A stretch of DNA of 64,000 nt from Bispira polyomma (lineage: Eukaryota). Position 1 is the stretch's first letter. Each line of letters opens with the position of its first letter. This document shows, in pieces, positions 1-12,539 of the stretch. Both the position numbers and the translations under genes were made by a program. The stretch covers positions 82,522,001 to 82,586,000 of the forward strand of contig OZ287748.1 in the NCBI GenBank assembly GCA_965649765.1. Direction: 5' to 3'. The notes beneath the pieces were generated by a model. That model ran no database searches. It worked only from the letters and a program-made list of their open reading frames with translations, and was not told the DNA's origin.

Positions 1-767
1 ATGCAATCCCTGAGACAAAGTGTTCTTGACAACAGCTGACAGATTCCATATCGATATCCAGCACCAACAACCACGCCTGCTTACTTGTGTGCAAAAAAAC
101 AGGATCTGCCACTAAAGTGTTGCTATAGCATTCGTGTGTATATTTTACCTACTCTAACTCTAGCTTATGCTGCCTATGGTCCAAACAGGGGTTTAAATTT
201 ATATACTTACATACTGTCGGTATTTTAGTAAAATCATTTTATTGTTGGTCAAACTTCTGCCTTGTGGAGCTATGGTCTTGATTTAGATCTAAACCTGGCT
301 AAGAAATCCCTCTGTAACTTCTCTATTTTTTAACAAGTCCCTATTAGTTCAGGTCATGTTTTGTTACCTTCACTTTCTTATTATTATTTACAAACATTTA
401 CTAATTTGCTAATTAGACGACAAAGACCTTCCTCTAGCCCCTATTTGATTGGTTGTCTATCAGTAAACAAATTGACTTATATTTATTTACCGTAACCAAT
501 AGAACTTTAGTGACTGACTTGTCATGTGCTTTTGCCCACAGTGACTTACACATTTATATGGCTTTGATTTTTACTGATGGTATGCATGGCGAGGGACAGA
601 TCAGTTACCAAAAGCAAAAGTTTACAAAGTTTAGGTTGGCTATTAGTTATAATATAGTCTATGTGTATTAATTATATTAAATTAATCAAACTGAATGATT
701 CTTTTTATATGTTATATATGTGGCGTGTCAGATTTGTGAAGTTTGGCTTTTGGAACCCACTCTTCAG

Positions 768-942
768 TGAAGTGACTTATCCCTTTACCCTAAAAGTAAC
801 TGGACCAGCTACTCTCTGACTCTCTGATGTCCTCTGACTTACCATTTTCCACAGTCTGTGTATGCCGTTGTTGACACATATGTTAAAGTGACTCATTCCT
901 TACCGTAGAACTAAGCTGGACCACAAACCTCTTCTTTCCACT
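768..942 (-). repeat. Tandem duplicate (~120 bp unit) of the 3' end and splice donor of the HRM exon
   Basis: 835-880 'tgacttaccattttccacagtctgtgtatgccgttgttgacacat' copies 1212-1257 'ctaacttacagtttcccacagtctgtgtaatccgttgttgacacat'; 768-810 also resembles 886-930. Confidence 0.8.
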
Positions 943-1199
943 GGGGGCCGCAGTGGCCTAGTGGTTAGCAAGCATTGCACTTCACAATCACTGGTCTCTC
1001 ATTCTGGGCGGCGTGAGTTCGAATCCCGTCGATGCCTATGTGGGAAAGGTGGTAGTTCCTTACTGTGGGCCGCTGGTTTCAGTGCAGAACCTTGACCGAC
1101 TGTATGCAGTGTTTCCTCCAGCGTTTCCAACTACCAGTCCCAATATAACCTACTAAAAGGTACCAGAGTGGACGTTAAATATCCAAAGTCAAATTCAAA
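943..1199 (+). mobile_element. tRNA-derived SINE, family A, full length
   Basis: Pol III A-box-like (tggcctagtgg) and B-box-like (gagttcgaatcc) head, aaattc tail, imperfect TSD aaac(c)tctt.tttcc.ct; near-identical copies at 8965, 20356, 26908 and 46887. Confidence 0.9.
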
Positions 1200-1220
1200 C
1201 TCTTTTTTCCTCTAACTTAC

Positions 1221-1441
1221 AGTTTCCCACAGTCTGTGTAATCCGTTGTTGACACATCCGTTCACATCCGGTTTCTCCCAGAAGACACGCCCACCCACTC
1301 GGACACAGCTCCTGGTCAAGTTACCAGAGGTGCCCTGAGGGCAGGGCAAGGCCATGGTGTTGCCTGGACTGGTCTCTGGCCAGAGTAACTCTGACCCTGG
1401 AGTGACGTCACGTCCGGCAGGACAGCTAGACTTGTCAGTGT
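1221..1441 (-). CDS. Internal exon encoding a hormone-receptor (HRM) domain, probably of an adhesion/secretin-class GPCR; the gene continues out of the window to the left
   Basis: Acceptor ttcccacag and donor gtaagt; 221 nt, phase 1 to 0; translates TDKSSCPAGRDVTPGSELLWPETSPGNTMALPCPQGTSGNLTRSCVRVGGRVFWEKPDVNGCVNNGLHRLWET, with the HRM pattern C..WP.T..G.....PCP....G...R.C......W..PD...C. Confidence 0.8.
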
Positions 1442-1740
1442 CTGTGGGAAAGAGGAGATATATTATAGAAGAGGAAACTTTATAGAGAGATATATGGAGA
1501 ATCTTTGGAAACCCTGGAGTGACGTCATGTCTGGCAGGACAGCTAGACTTGTCAGTGTCTGTAGGAAAGAGGAGATACATTGTAGAAGCAGAATCTTTAA
1601 AAGAGAGATGTCGTGAATATACGTATAATCTTTGGAAACCCTGGAGTGACGTCACGTCAGGCAGGACAGCTAGACTTGTCAGTGTCTGTGGGAGAGAGAA
1701 GATACATTATAAAAGTAGAAACTTTATAGAGAGATATATA
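1394..1740 (-). repeat. Triplication of the HRM exon acceptor plus the first ~48 exon nt (units of 117 and 127 bp)
   Basis: 'accctggagtgacgtca...gacagctagacttgtcagtgtctgt' starts at 1394, 1511 and 1638. Confidence 0.95.
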
Positions 1741-1921
1741 TCGAAAGAGCATACTTTCAATTATATGTATTAAGGCAATGTCTGGCTGCAATGCAAAATC
1801 TTCCATCACCAAATGAACATAGCTGGCATCTCTCAGATGGAATTTTATTTATGAGAATCATTTCTATGGTGTCAAATTAATGAGTCCATACTCTAAGACG
1901 CTTTCATCTTGATGTAATTAA

Positions 1922-2431
1922 TGCTGTGGTCACACTTAAGCATGTTCGCATTACGTTTAAAATTCTGTTAATGTAAGAAAACAGAAATAAACGCAGTAAA
2001 AATTTGGGGAAACGTAGCAAAAAATCAATGTATGGGCCGTTTTGTACACATTCAGTACACATCTATACACGTTTGTACACTCATTTGACACATTTTAATA
2101 GCCGTTTTAATTATGTTTGTATCGTTGGCCACCTTTTAAAATACATTAGCCACATTTTTAAAATCTGTTCCATTTTTGTTCTCCTTGTTCTAAATATTAT
2201 TTGGATGTATGGTTTGTTTTACTGCCTTCCATTAAGTCATATACGCATTGAATATGTGTCATATGTTTTCCACGAACGCACCAACTGTTTCAGGAAAAAC
2301 GGGAAATTAAGAGACCATCTGATTCATGTATGCTTATGTTTACTTAAGTACACTATGTTCTGCTTACATTTCACCTTACGTTAGCCCTTTTTTGTGCGTA
2401 ATTGAAATGTAAGCCCAGTGTGACCATAGCA
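1922..2431. mobile_element. PIF/Harbinger-type MITE
   Basis: TIRs tgctgtggtcacact / agtgtgaccatagca, flanked by TAA on both sides (1919-1921 and 2432-2434). Confidence 0.8.
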
Positions 2432-2749
2432 TAAAGGTACTGATTTTATGTCAAACATAACGGTGTGAAAACTACTTTATCTGTATTTAATTTGCTGTTA
2501 CTAAAACATCTTCATTACAACTCTAGCGCCATAGTTATGTGAACTAAATATTAAATTGTGGAACATTGTCCAAAGTCAAGTATATGCCTACATTTGGAAT
2601 TTGATCAAACAAACTGTAGTTTGTGACAATAAGCATACTTTATACATACACAAAACAAGTGAGTCAAGCATGTCTGGACCAGGACAAATGTCTACTTAAA
2701 ACAATACAAATGCAGAACAAAAGGAAAAACCCAAAACTGTACCAATAAT

Positions 2750-4080
2750 TCTGTACACAAATATTCTAGCATTGTCTGTATCTCTACTTGGTATTGTTTT
2801 CTTGTCTAATATTGATTAAATCCAAGATACTGTGCTATTCTAGTTTTACACAAGTCAATGCTAGATAATTTTAGAATTTCCTCTTTATATTCTCTTACAA
2901 GTGATGATCCACTGACATTATACTTGTATGACAGATATGTAATACAGTAGCTTACTTTAGACTGACTACCCGACAATGCCATTTTACCATATAGATTGAC
3001 CAAGCTATTAGAACTGGACACTATATTGCCAATAATTTTTTTAAAAACCTATAAGCTGACTGTATCTCTACAGGGATATCATTACATAATAAGGGCAATA
3101 CATCACAATGAGTTGATTATGGCATGGCATTGAGTAAAGAAGTATCAAGTATACGTGTTTGACAAGTCCCATAGCACTGACCCATACAGTGGCATACAGT
3201 AACTTTTAAACTGTTGGTACTTAACATTACTTTAAAGATGTAAAAATGTGTTCAGTACGGCATTAATAATAATAATAATTCATTTGATATAACGCACTAT
3301 CAACATCACTGTTATCTAATGTGTTTATAACATTATTACCCCAGCCTGGGTTATTCAACTTGTCAACCATTGTACAGTCCCAGCTCCCCCACGGAGCATA
3401 CAGCGCTCAGACTAACACCCATTAGCGGCCAGGTACCCATTTATACACCTGGTTAGAGAAGGACAACTTTGTGTAAAGTACCTTGTCCAGGTGTACAATC
3501 TCCAGGCCTGCAGCGAAGATCGAACCTGGGCTCTCAAGATTCCTGAGATCCAAAGTCTGACAGGCATTACAAGCAATACAAAAATACGATGCAATACATG
3601 TTTCACATCATGACATATTTGCAAGATGGTTGGCATAACGCTTGGCCTCAATGAAGCTATCTTTGTACTTCATCCCATTTAACATATTGTTATCACTAGA
3701 AAAACGTAACAATTGATACGTGTTTGGACTAAACGTTACATCAAACTCTTTTTCAAAGTTATCAGCTATTAAAAGTATGCATCGTAAACTATATAGTGAA
3801 GAGCACATTAAGGATATATCATCTGCATACCCAACAGCAAGGTTTTACCAATATAACATCCTACATTTGAGTTCTTTAATTTGAGAAATAATTTATCCAT
3901 ATAAACTATAAATAAAAAAGGAGAGAGTATGCCTCATTGCTTCATTCCATTATTCACTTGAACTGGCTTAGAAAGAGAACTACCCCATCTAACTTTAACA
4001 TTTTGCATTGTATATAAATTGACAAGAAGTTAAGCCATTAAGGGACATAGTCCTTGCTTAAGTAACAAAGAAAACTATTT
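2750..4080 (-). mobile_element. Decayed non-LTR retrotransposon, reverse-transcriptase region (clade not assigned)
   Basis: Minus-strand translation with stops and frameshifts: VKVRWGSSLSKPVQVNNGMKQ*GILSPFLFIVYMDKL...GYADDISLMCSS...FKSYCMPLYGSVLWDLS; interrupted by a SINE. Confidence 0.85.
3266..3562 (-). mobile_element. SINE with a Nin/Deu-domain-like core, inserted in the LINE
   Basis: Minus strand has a B-box-like ccaggttcgatc, the core 'ccaggtgtataaatgggtacc' and an (att)n tail; possible TSD ggcatta at 3259-3265 and 3563-3569. Confidence 0.7.
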
Positions 4081-5514
4081 CATATAATTATCCGAACATG
4101 TTAGGAGAGCAAGATTTTGTTCGTAAAACAATAGGTGCTGTGTAAGCAATAGTTTTTTTGCCGCTGTTAGCAGATATAACTTACCCGAGGTAGCAGCTTT
4201 TGGCAGCAAATAACAGCACACTATCCACACATACAGTACAAAATGCATACTTTTTTTAGCTTTTTTGCTGTACAGATTTTAAACTTAATATCCCACGTAA
4301 GTTAACACATAAAGAGCATTTCATAATGATAGCAACAGAAATTTCTAATTTTATTTTATTATAATGTTATTAGACTTAATAATTATACTTATTTCACTGC
4401 TTATGTAAATTTCACTGATTAAATAAAATTATTTTATGTAGATAAGTTTATTTTATCCAAACACTGAACTGTTTTAGCATAAAAGAAAACGAAAAAATAA
4501 TGATGAAATAACAATAAGATTTGTTGTTGTTATAACAGTTGTCTGCAAAACAGTTTTTGTCACAATAATCTTTTGTATTTCACCGATATTTCTATTATCA
4601 GAACATCAGTATATATCAATTCCAATGCATCAATATAATCTCTCTGTCTATATCCAAACCTTTTGAATTCTCTGTTCATCGTCTTGTAACTTATTTATTC
4701 AGTAACTATGCAGTAACTATTTAATTTACATAACAGTTGGCCTGAAGCCCTCCCACTAGACAGCCTTTAGGGGAAGGGGGGGGGGTCTGTAGGCGGATCA
4801 CCAGGGGGGTTACAAGAAGAGAATTCCACAGTGGGAAAAGCATCAGGTGAATCAATAGAGAGGGTTTACAACCGGAGATTACTGGACAAGTGCCGGCTTC
4901 ACAAAAAACATTGACCTTGTTGATAGAAGAAGAGAACCCAAATTAAAACAAAGCACACCTTCCTGTAGTTTTCTGCAAATATGTATTGTGTTAGTCAGAA
5001 CCCGCAAGGTAAAAGAAGGATTGCTTGGTTAAAAAGTAGTTTATATTTATTGAATACAATGATATCAAAAAGACGATCGCTACAACTTATAAATATTATT
5101 ATCATTATGCTTTTTTAACTCGCTTTTTTATGCTAGGCACCAATAATGTATCACCTCTTAACCAGTAATATATTGCACAATTCATAAAGCGAAACACTCT
5201 TGTGTATCAATAACCAATAATGTATTACCTCTTAATCAGTAATATATTGCAAAATTCACATTACCAAATAATGTTACACCCATAGACCATATAACGTATC
5301 AAAGAAATGTTATCAGTTGGTGATATGTTATTTGTTAAGTGGTAATACACAATAGGTTTTGTTAATACCTTATCAGTTATATTCACAGAATATCTGTAAG
5401 GGAATCAACAGAAGAAATTCAGTTTAGATTTAAAGTTGTAAGGAACAATTTTATTGCTTATAACAAAGCAAATTCTAAGAATGACAGTCTAATAAGGCTG
5501 TGACTGTCAATCTG

Positions 5515-6125
5515 GCAGTGAGCCCTTGTGAGTGACACACTCACACAGAAATGCAGATGGCCTGGGGTAAGGCCCAGGCAGATCTATAGTGGATCAGATG
5601 ACTACATATAATTGTGGTATTCTTACATTAGGTATTATCCTTAGTGACAGGCTAAAAATAACATTGAGTACATTGATAAATGGTCATCCTTAGGCCTCTA
5701 TCACTGGGTCCTATCCTGAGTGGCAGGCTAAATGACGTTGATGACATTGATAAATGGTCCTCCTCAAGCGTCTTTAATTGGGTCCTATTCTCAGTGACAA
5801 GCTTAAGAACCTTGGGGACATTGATAACTGGTCATCCTCAAGCCTCCGTCATTGAATCATATCCTCAGTGGCAGGCTAAAGGACATTGAGTATATTGATA
5901 AATGGTCATCCTTTGGCCTCTATCATTGGGTCCTATCCTCAGTGGCAGGCTAAAAATAACGATGGTGAAATTGACAATGGTCATTCTCAAGCCTCTGCCA
6001 TTAAGTCATTTTTTGAGTGACAGGCTAAAGAGCTTTGAGGACCTTGATGAATGGTCATCCTCAAGCCTCAAGCAGGCTGAAGAACCTTGGGAACATTGAT
6101 AAATTGTTACCCTCAAACCTCTGTC
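5515..6125 (+). repeat. Old SINE (family C) whose 3' body is tandemly amplified, about 7 x 71 bp
   Basis: Unit 'tcctcagtg(a/g)caggctaaa...gacattgataaatggtcatcctcaagcctct.tcattgggtccta'; the same motif occurs singly in dispersed copies at about 9150, 15570, 32020 and 57345. Confidence 0.75.
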
Positions 6126-7479
6126 TTCAGTTTTCTATACAAATCTAGACCTTGTTGCTTTGACCGCTTGTTATTGCAGAGAACTTGGGTTCAAATTGTT
6201 ATATCTCACACATTTTATTTAAATCGATGTCGCAAGGTTCCTAAGCCTATCACTTGAGACAGGGCCAAATGACAGAGGACGGTCATTTAAAGAAGTCATC
6301 TTAGTGGGTGTGTTATTCATAAGGCCACAGTGGCAGATATGTAACCCACTTCTATTTTATAGATCCCATCTAAGTCTCAGCACTAAGGGTTTTTTATTCT
6401 GCTGTCTATAATTACTTTCAAAGATTTTGTGTTATTTCGTTATTAAACTTTAACATTATGTTCCTCAAAACTGTAGTTTACCTATTCTGGCATACTTTCA
6501 TGAATTTACAGCAATCAGGATGATTAATGTGTGAAAGAGCAGAGTGGTCTGAGATCATAAAGCTCTTTAGATTAGAATTCTACTCCTGCTCTACAGAGAA
6601 CCCACCACTCATCTCCATCAAATAACTTCATATACCCAATATATGGCATCTTGTCAACCAATAACTGCCATAGATTACATAGTTTATGATTTTACCACGT
6701 GCTTGTGGTTCTGATTGGATTTGCTCTGCGTTATATACAAGATAAGTGTTGTGGTATAGGGGAAGAATTGTAACAGGCTGATAACTCACTGTAACACATT
6801 GGTTGTCTCTGTATTTCCAGCTCTTTGCATCTCAACTGGTTGAGACGGCCCCAAAAATGATCAAGAATCTATTTGATGTCATAAATTCAGATTTTGTGGT
6901 GGTCTGTTATTTATTTGATATCACCAAGGGTAAATGTATAAAGGGCACAAAGGCAATGAATCAGTTTTTGGTATATCCTGAATATAAAAACTTTGGCTTA
7001 ACCTTTTTTCCCAATTCTTTTCAAGATCATGGGTCAAGTTCTTGGACTTCAAAGAAAGTGACAATTAGAACATGTTGTGTCTAAAACCCTATTGCCATTG
7101 CATTAAATTGTATTTCTTGTATATTAATAACTAATGTCAGGTACCACCTTGACCTGGATTGTTCCATATTTTCCATGTCAATATCTTATTTTTCGTATAA
7201 TCTTTTTAAATATATATTTTTTTCATCGAGTCAATATTATTGAAGAAGAGATTGAAGCAGACATTCTGAAAACAGTAATGAAGTTTATTAACACGGTATT
7301 ATCGTGATAGGACTCTTCCTTATCTCAGCATTATGGTGTTAGAAAATTTCTCAGCTGATTGAACCAGGGGCCATTTTCATAACGACTTCTCAAAAGTAAT
7401 TCTTAAAGATATTTTAGTCTCAATCAACCAGATTTCTTGAAACAAAAGTTTTAGCGAATCAGGGATAAAAATTTAAAAA

Positions 7480-7790
7480 TAAAAATTTAATATAATAAGT
7501 CCCGTAATGGCGATTGGTCTCCGTACTAGTGGATTGTAATAAGCAACAACCAAAATCATTGTTCAATAGTCGTATTGTGGTTGACGGAAAACAGTGTCAT
7601 TAACAGAGAGGCAATTATGGTAAGACTGTGTCAGGTGAAATAAGCTTTGTTATAGAGATAAGTCTTAGGCTTGCTTCTGAAAAGAAGGAAGAGAAGGTGT
7701 GCACCTTAATATCTTGTGGTAGGTCATTCCATAACTTGGGTGCACCATATGGGAAACTGTCATTGACATACCATCCCAGGACTATAGTAT
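7480..7790 (-). mobile_element. L2/CR1-type LINE 3' end fragment
   Basis: Minus-strand translation SFPYGAPKLWNDLPQDIK, typical of the ORF2 C-terminus. Confidence 0.7.
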
Positions 7791-8964
7791 TAGACTATCT
7801 TACAATAATTTATTTAAGCTTTCTACAATAGTACACTAGTTTTATGATTTATTGACATTTCTTGCCAAAGTCTTGACTTCTTCCTTAAGTTTACAATTAC
7901 CTTATCCTTTTAGGATAAGCCCTATTAGTTATGAGCAAAATAAGTTTGAATAATGGGATGTATCCTGACCACAGTCGAATTTAACTCTTTTGATGGTCTT
8001 AGTTCTGAAAAATCATGTAGATAAAATTTAATTATACTTACATCAGTAAAATAAACTTGAATAGGGAAATATATTAGTTAACAATTCAATTTACATGATT
8101 TTATTCAGAATTATTCACAAGTAAATATTAATTCCAATAAATTTATTAGAAATTAGAAAGCACTTTAAGCATAAAGAAAAATAGTATATGTACTTACATT
8201 GTAAAAAGCGTTTCCAAAATTAAATTCAGTAGAATTTAAATCCATCATGTCAAAAACGATGTTAAACTATGGCAATTTGCCTCCTTAAAAATTGTAAATA
8301 AATAAATGTCACTACATTTTAAGGAATTTCCAATGTAACGAAATTATTCATGGCTACTGGTTATATTAAACCTTACACTGGTTCATATCATACACTTTTC
8401 CCAAAACATTTGCTTTGAACTGACATTTCGGCGGTATTTATTCATAGCCCCCAATGTGTGAGGATGGTATGGTTTGTATGTATCATTATTACATACAAAT
8501 CCCTCATAATGACCTCATATAGTACACAGATTGGGACAAGTCCATGTTCAAATACATATTTATATAGTTACATAGGAACTATATGATATCATTGTAAACC
8601 AAGGCAATATTTATTATGATTTCACGAATATAGTCTACACATCATGATTTACTGCCAAAATGTTATTGTTATATTGGCTAATATTTCTGTGTTCTTTATA
8701 AAAAACTTTTTAAAATATCTCATTTGTAAAGAACTGGACTGATTGACAGGGGTTATTAATGGCCACCCTGAATATATGTATATACATCTCTAGCTTCTTT
8801 GACTGTTGACTCAAACAGACCATCAATGCATACATAGTGCAGAACATTTATAATATACAGCCAGAAGGTCCTATATCTGGCCCATATAATTAACCTTTTT
8901 CTATAAATTCATGTTTTATTTAACCTTTATATCTATAGACTCAGCACAGTAGCTCCCTTCATCT

Positions 8965-9115
8965 GGTATTCCTTACTGTGGGACGCTGGTTTCTCTGCAG
9001 AACCTTGACCGACTGTATGCAATGTTTCCTCCAGCGTTTCCAACTACCCGTCCTAATATAACCTACTAAAAGGTACTAGAGTGGACGTTAACTATCCAAA
9101 ATTCAAATTCAAAGT
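8965..9115 (+). mobile_element. SINE family A, 5'-truncated
   Basis: Matches about 1050-1199 almost exactly. Confidence 0.9.
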
Positions 9116-9149
9116 TCAGCCAACCACCAACAGTAACTGACATTCCCTT

Positions 9150-9365
9150 ACCTGGGAAGTGAGATGTCTGAGGATGATCATTTTTCAATGTCACCATGTT
9201 TCTTTAGCCTGACACTTAGCATATAGTACCCAGTGACCAAAAGGACACAATTTAAAGTGGTAATTCGAACATTTATGCTCTGCCAGTACTGGAAAAACCC
9301 CCAGACTGGGACCAAACTCAGGTCTTCGCACTTCCATGGGAGTGTGTTACCCACTCGGCGACCAC
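9150..9365 (-). mobile_element. SINE family C, diverged
   Basis: tRNA-like head (gtggtcgccgagtgggtaac...cctgagtttggtccc) plus the 'caggctaaagaaacatggtgacattgaaaaatgatcatcctc' body. Confidence 0.65.
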
Positions 9366-9862
9366 AGTAGAAAATAACGTTGAAACCCTTTTGGAAGATA
9401 GATAGGATATTTCATCAGGAAATCGACAGATTCCCAGTCTGAAAAAGGTCCAATTTGACACCAGATTATGATTTATAACTTGGAATAGTGGTAATAAGCG
9501 ACTGCTTTAAAATCACTGGCTTCTTACTAGTGAAAAAGTTTGTCAGGTACTAATAACAAAGATAAGAATGCTTTAGTTATGTACAAAAAAACACACCTGC
9601 AAACGTATAATTAAAATAGAAATAATGTAATGCAATATTACCGATGGATAATGAATATCAAAAAATCTGGCTGTTTATTTAGCGTTTTACGGTATCCTAA
9701 CATTCCAGCCATTCAGTACTGCTTTAACCCTGCTATGTACATTTCAAGGTCTTCGTATGGAAACAAACTATGATACATAATGATTATAATTTTCTACTAT
9801 GATTAATAATATATAATTTAATAATACTTCCCCCCTCAAATCTGTGTCTTTTCAAGAGACTG

Positions 9863-9917
9863 TCAACAACTCAGAAAGATGGGATGATGTATGTGGGCCA
9901 CACACATTAGTGGACTG
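9863..9917 (-). CDS. Candidate exon, possibly terminal, of the minus-strand small-exon gene
   Basis: Acceptor ccttgtatttattacag; phase-2 entry gives SPLMCVAHIHHPIFLSC*, compatible with the phase-2 end of exon 12281-12366. Strand is ambiguous (see findings). Confidence 0.3.
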
Positions 9918-11180
9918 CTGTAATAAATACAAGGTACCATAAACCCTCTAAATACAGCCACACACACATTAGTGGACTGCTGAGACAATTACAAGGTACC
10001 ATAAACACTCTAAATACAGCCCCACACACATTAGTGGACTGCTGAGACAATTACAAGGTACCATAAACACTCTAAATACAGCCCCACACACATTAGTGGA
10101 CTGCTGAGACAATTACAAGGTACCATAAACCCTCTAAATACAGCCCCACACACATTAGTGGACTGCTGTGACATATACAAGGTACCATAAACCCTCTAAA
10201 TACAGCCACACACACATTAGTGCACTGCTGTGATAAATACAAGGTACCATAAACCCTCTAAATACAGCCCCCCACACACATAAACCCTCTAAATACACCC
10301 ACACACATATTAATGGACTGCTGTGACATATACAAGGTACCATAAACCTTCCAAATACCACACACACACATTAGTGGACTGCTGTGATAAATACAAGGTA
10401 CCGTAAACCCTCTAAATACCGCCACACACACATTAGTGGACCACTGTTATAAATATACAAGGTACCATAAACCCCCTCAATACAGCCCACATACACACAT
10501 TAGTGGACAGCTGTTATCTGTCGCTCCTGCTATTACCACATATGTGACATCAAAAGAATCCGAAACCACCTGTCAATGGACACTGCGATAACTGTGGCTA
10601 ACGCCCTTGTGAGCAGCCGCCACGACTACTGCAACTCTCTTCTGTTCAGAGTAAACAAGGCACAGATTAAAAAGTTCAACTCTGTTTAAAACTTTAACAC
10701 TATGAAAAATTTTACCATAAACCCTCTAAATACAGCGAAACACACATTAGTGGACAGTTGTGATAAATACAATGTACCATAAACCCTCTAAATACAGCCC
10801 CACACACATTAGTGGATTGCTGTGACATATACAAGGTACCATAAACCCTCTAAATACAGCCCCCCACACACATTAGTGCACTGCTGTGCTGAATAGTGGA
10901 CTGCTGAGATAAATACAAGGTACCATAAACCCTCTAAATACACCCACACACACATTAGTGTACTGCTATGATAAATACAAGGTACCGTAAACCCTCTAAA
11001 TACAGCCACACATCAGTGGACAGATGTAATAAATACAAGGTATCGTAAACCCTCTAAATATAGCCCCACACATCCATTAGTGGACAGTTGTGATAAATGC
11101 AAGGTACCGTAACCCTCTAAATACAGCACACACACATTGGTGGACAGCTGTGATAAATACAAGGTACCATAAACCCTCAA
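9893..11180. repeat. ~60-bp minisatellite, roughly 17-19 units, interrupted by a LINE fragment
   Basis: Unit cacacattagtggactgctgtgataaatacaaggtaccataaaccctctaaatacagcc. Confidence 0.95.
10517..10690 (+). mobile_element. L2 LINE ORF2 fragment
   Basis: Translates CRSCYYHICDIKRIRNHLSMDTAITVANALVSSRHDYCNSLL (L2 'SRLDYCNSLL' motif). Confidence 0.85.
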
Positions 11181-12280
11181 CATTTGAAGTGTATTACATA
11201 ACTTTAATAAATTTTGATCCCATAAATATGATAATGGGGTGGTATTTTCATGTAACATCTGTTTAAAAAAATTTAAGAAAATATTGATATAAGTATTTTA
11301 CATGTTACCTATGTTACATGTTACCTGTTACAGTTTGCTATTATGTTTACATTTCATTTCAAATTGTAGCAAATAGTCTTGAGTTCCTTCTGTGTTTGTC
11401 TCAAATTGTGATCATCCATTTTAACTCTGGACACATTTTCACAAGGGTGACAAATATTTCAAATTGTTCAAAACATTTATGGAAAAAAAATAAAACGTGG
11501 CATGTTTTCTCACAAAATAATGCATCCATCTATAATCATTTCACCAACCTTACCACAAACGACTTAATTGGTTGGATTTCCTGAAACAATTGTGTAATGT
11601 TTTTGAAATGAAGACTGTGTTTACGACAATGCTGCCTCCCAGTAAGATGAAATGATGTGCCATGTTTTGATCTGTTTTTTTTTTTAGATTACATTTAAAG
11701 TGTATCTTAGAATCTTGTAGCATCAACATGTTCTCCTAAGTTCCACGATTAGACATAAGAGTGTTTGTTTCATCTTTGAAGATATATTTGTTACATTAAT
11801 ATATTTATATTTTCCCCTACCTTGCACAATGGGAATACAGCATAAGCTTCTATGTTTTGACAAAAAATAACCATGGTTTGGGAGCGACTTCAACCATGTT
11901 CAACCATCTAGTTTTCAGACTGGCTCTCATCATACGTGCTGGTATGACACTGACATAACAAATCATATTTATATGATAGGTTTAGACACAATTAATATAT
12001 TTTTTTCCAAAACATTAATCAATCATAATAGTCATGGCTTATGCATTTTGTTAAACTTTTAAGACTTTTAATTTGCAAGAAAGATTTTATGAATCGAATG
12101 TTTTCAAATAAATCAACAACAACTTTAAAAGACTTAAACCGTATCAAATATCTTTGGGGCTCTCAGTGATAACTCAATTATGTGGCTGTTTAAATATATA
12201 CCTCTGTTGAAAAGATATGCTATAAATCCTTCAGTGTTTAAAAGTTTCCAAAAGAGAGAACTTAAAGAATGTTTTCATAC

Positions 12281-12366
12281 CTGGAAGTCTTTGCTGGGCC
12301 GGTGATGTATGTTAAGGGATAATTCCCATGGCTAGAGACTCTGTTAATCCATTTACATACATCGCT
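12281..12366 (-). CDS. Candidate internal exon (86 nt)
   Basis: Acceptor tttttagtttag and donor CAG|gtatga; only one open frame (phase 0 to 2): SDVCKWINRVSSHGNYPLTYITGPAKTS. Confidence 0.5.
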
Positions 12367-12539
12367 CTAAACTAAAAATAAAGGAATACCGCTTAATTAT
12401 AAGCTACACACTGACATAATACACATACATCACTAAGTACAATATAGTTTTCTTGCCAGATTGAAGCAATGTATCCATCAATTATAAATATAGGCATATC
12501 ATGATATGCAGGTTTCTGATGTATGGTTGTCTGTAAATG

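Noticed and set aside
943-1030. tRNA gene (also at 26659, 26908 and 29381)
   Set aside because: A/B boxes are present but there is no closed cloverleaf, and each is followed by a shared SINE body, tail and often a TSD.
2004-2384. 126-aa ORF
   Set aside because: It lies inside a MITE, has a non-ATG start and shows no recognisable domain.
9836-9868. Cys-TGA read as a Cys-Sec dyad (LSCUQSLEKTQI*)
   Set aside because: No SECIS-like hairpin is recognisable downstream and there is no selenoprotein family resemblance.
9893-11180. CRISPR-like appearance of regularly spaced repeats (also at 19480, 38028 and 41172)
   Set aside because: Units are contiguous with no unique spacers, there are no cas genes and the context is eukaryotic.
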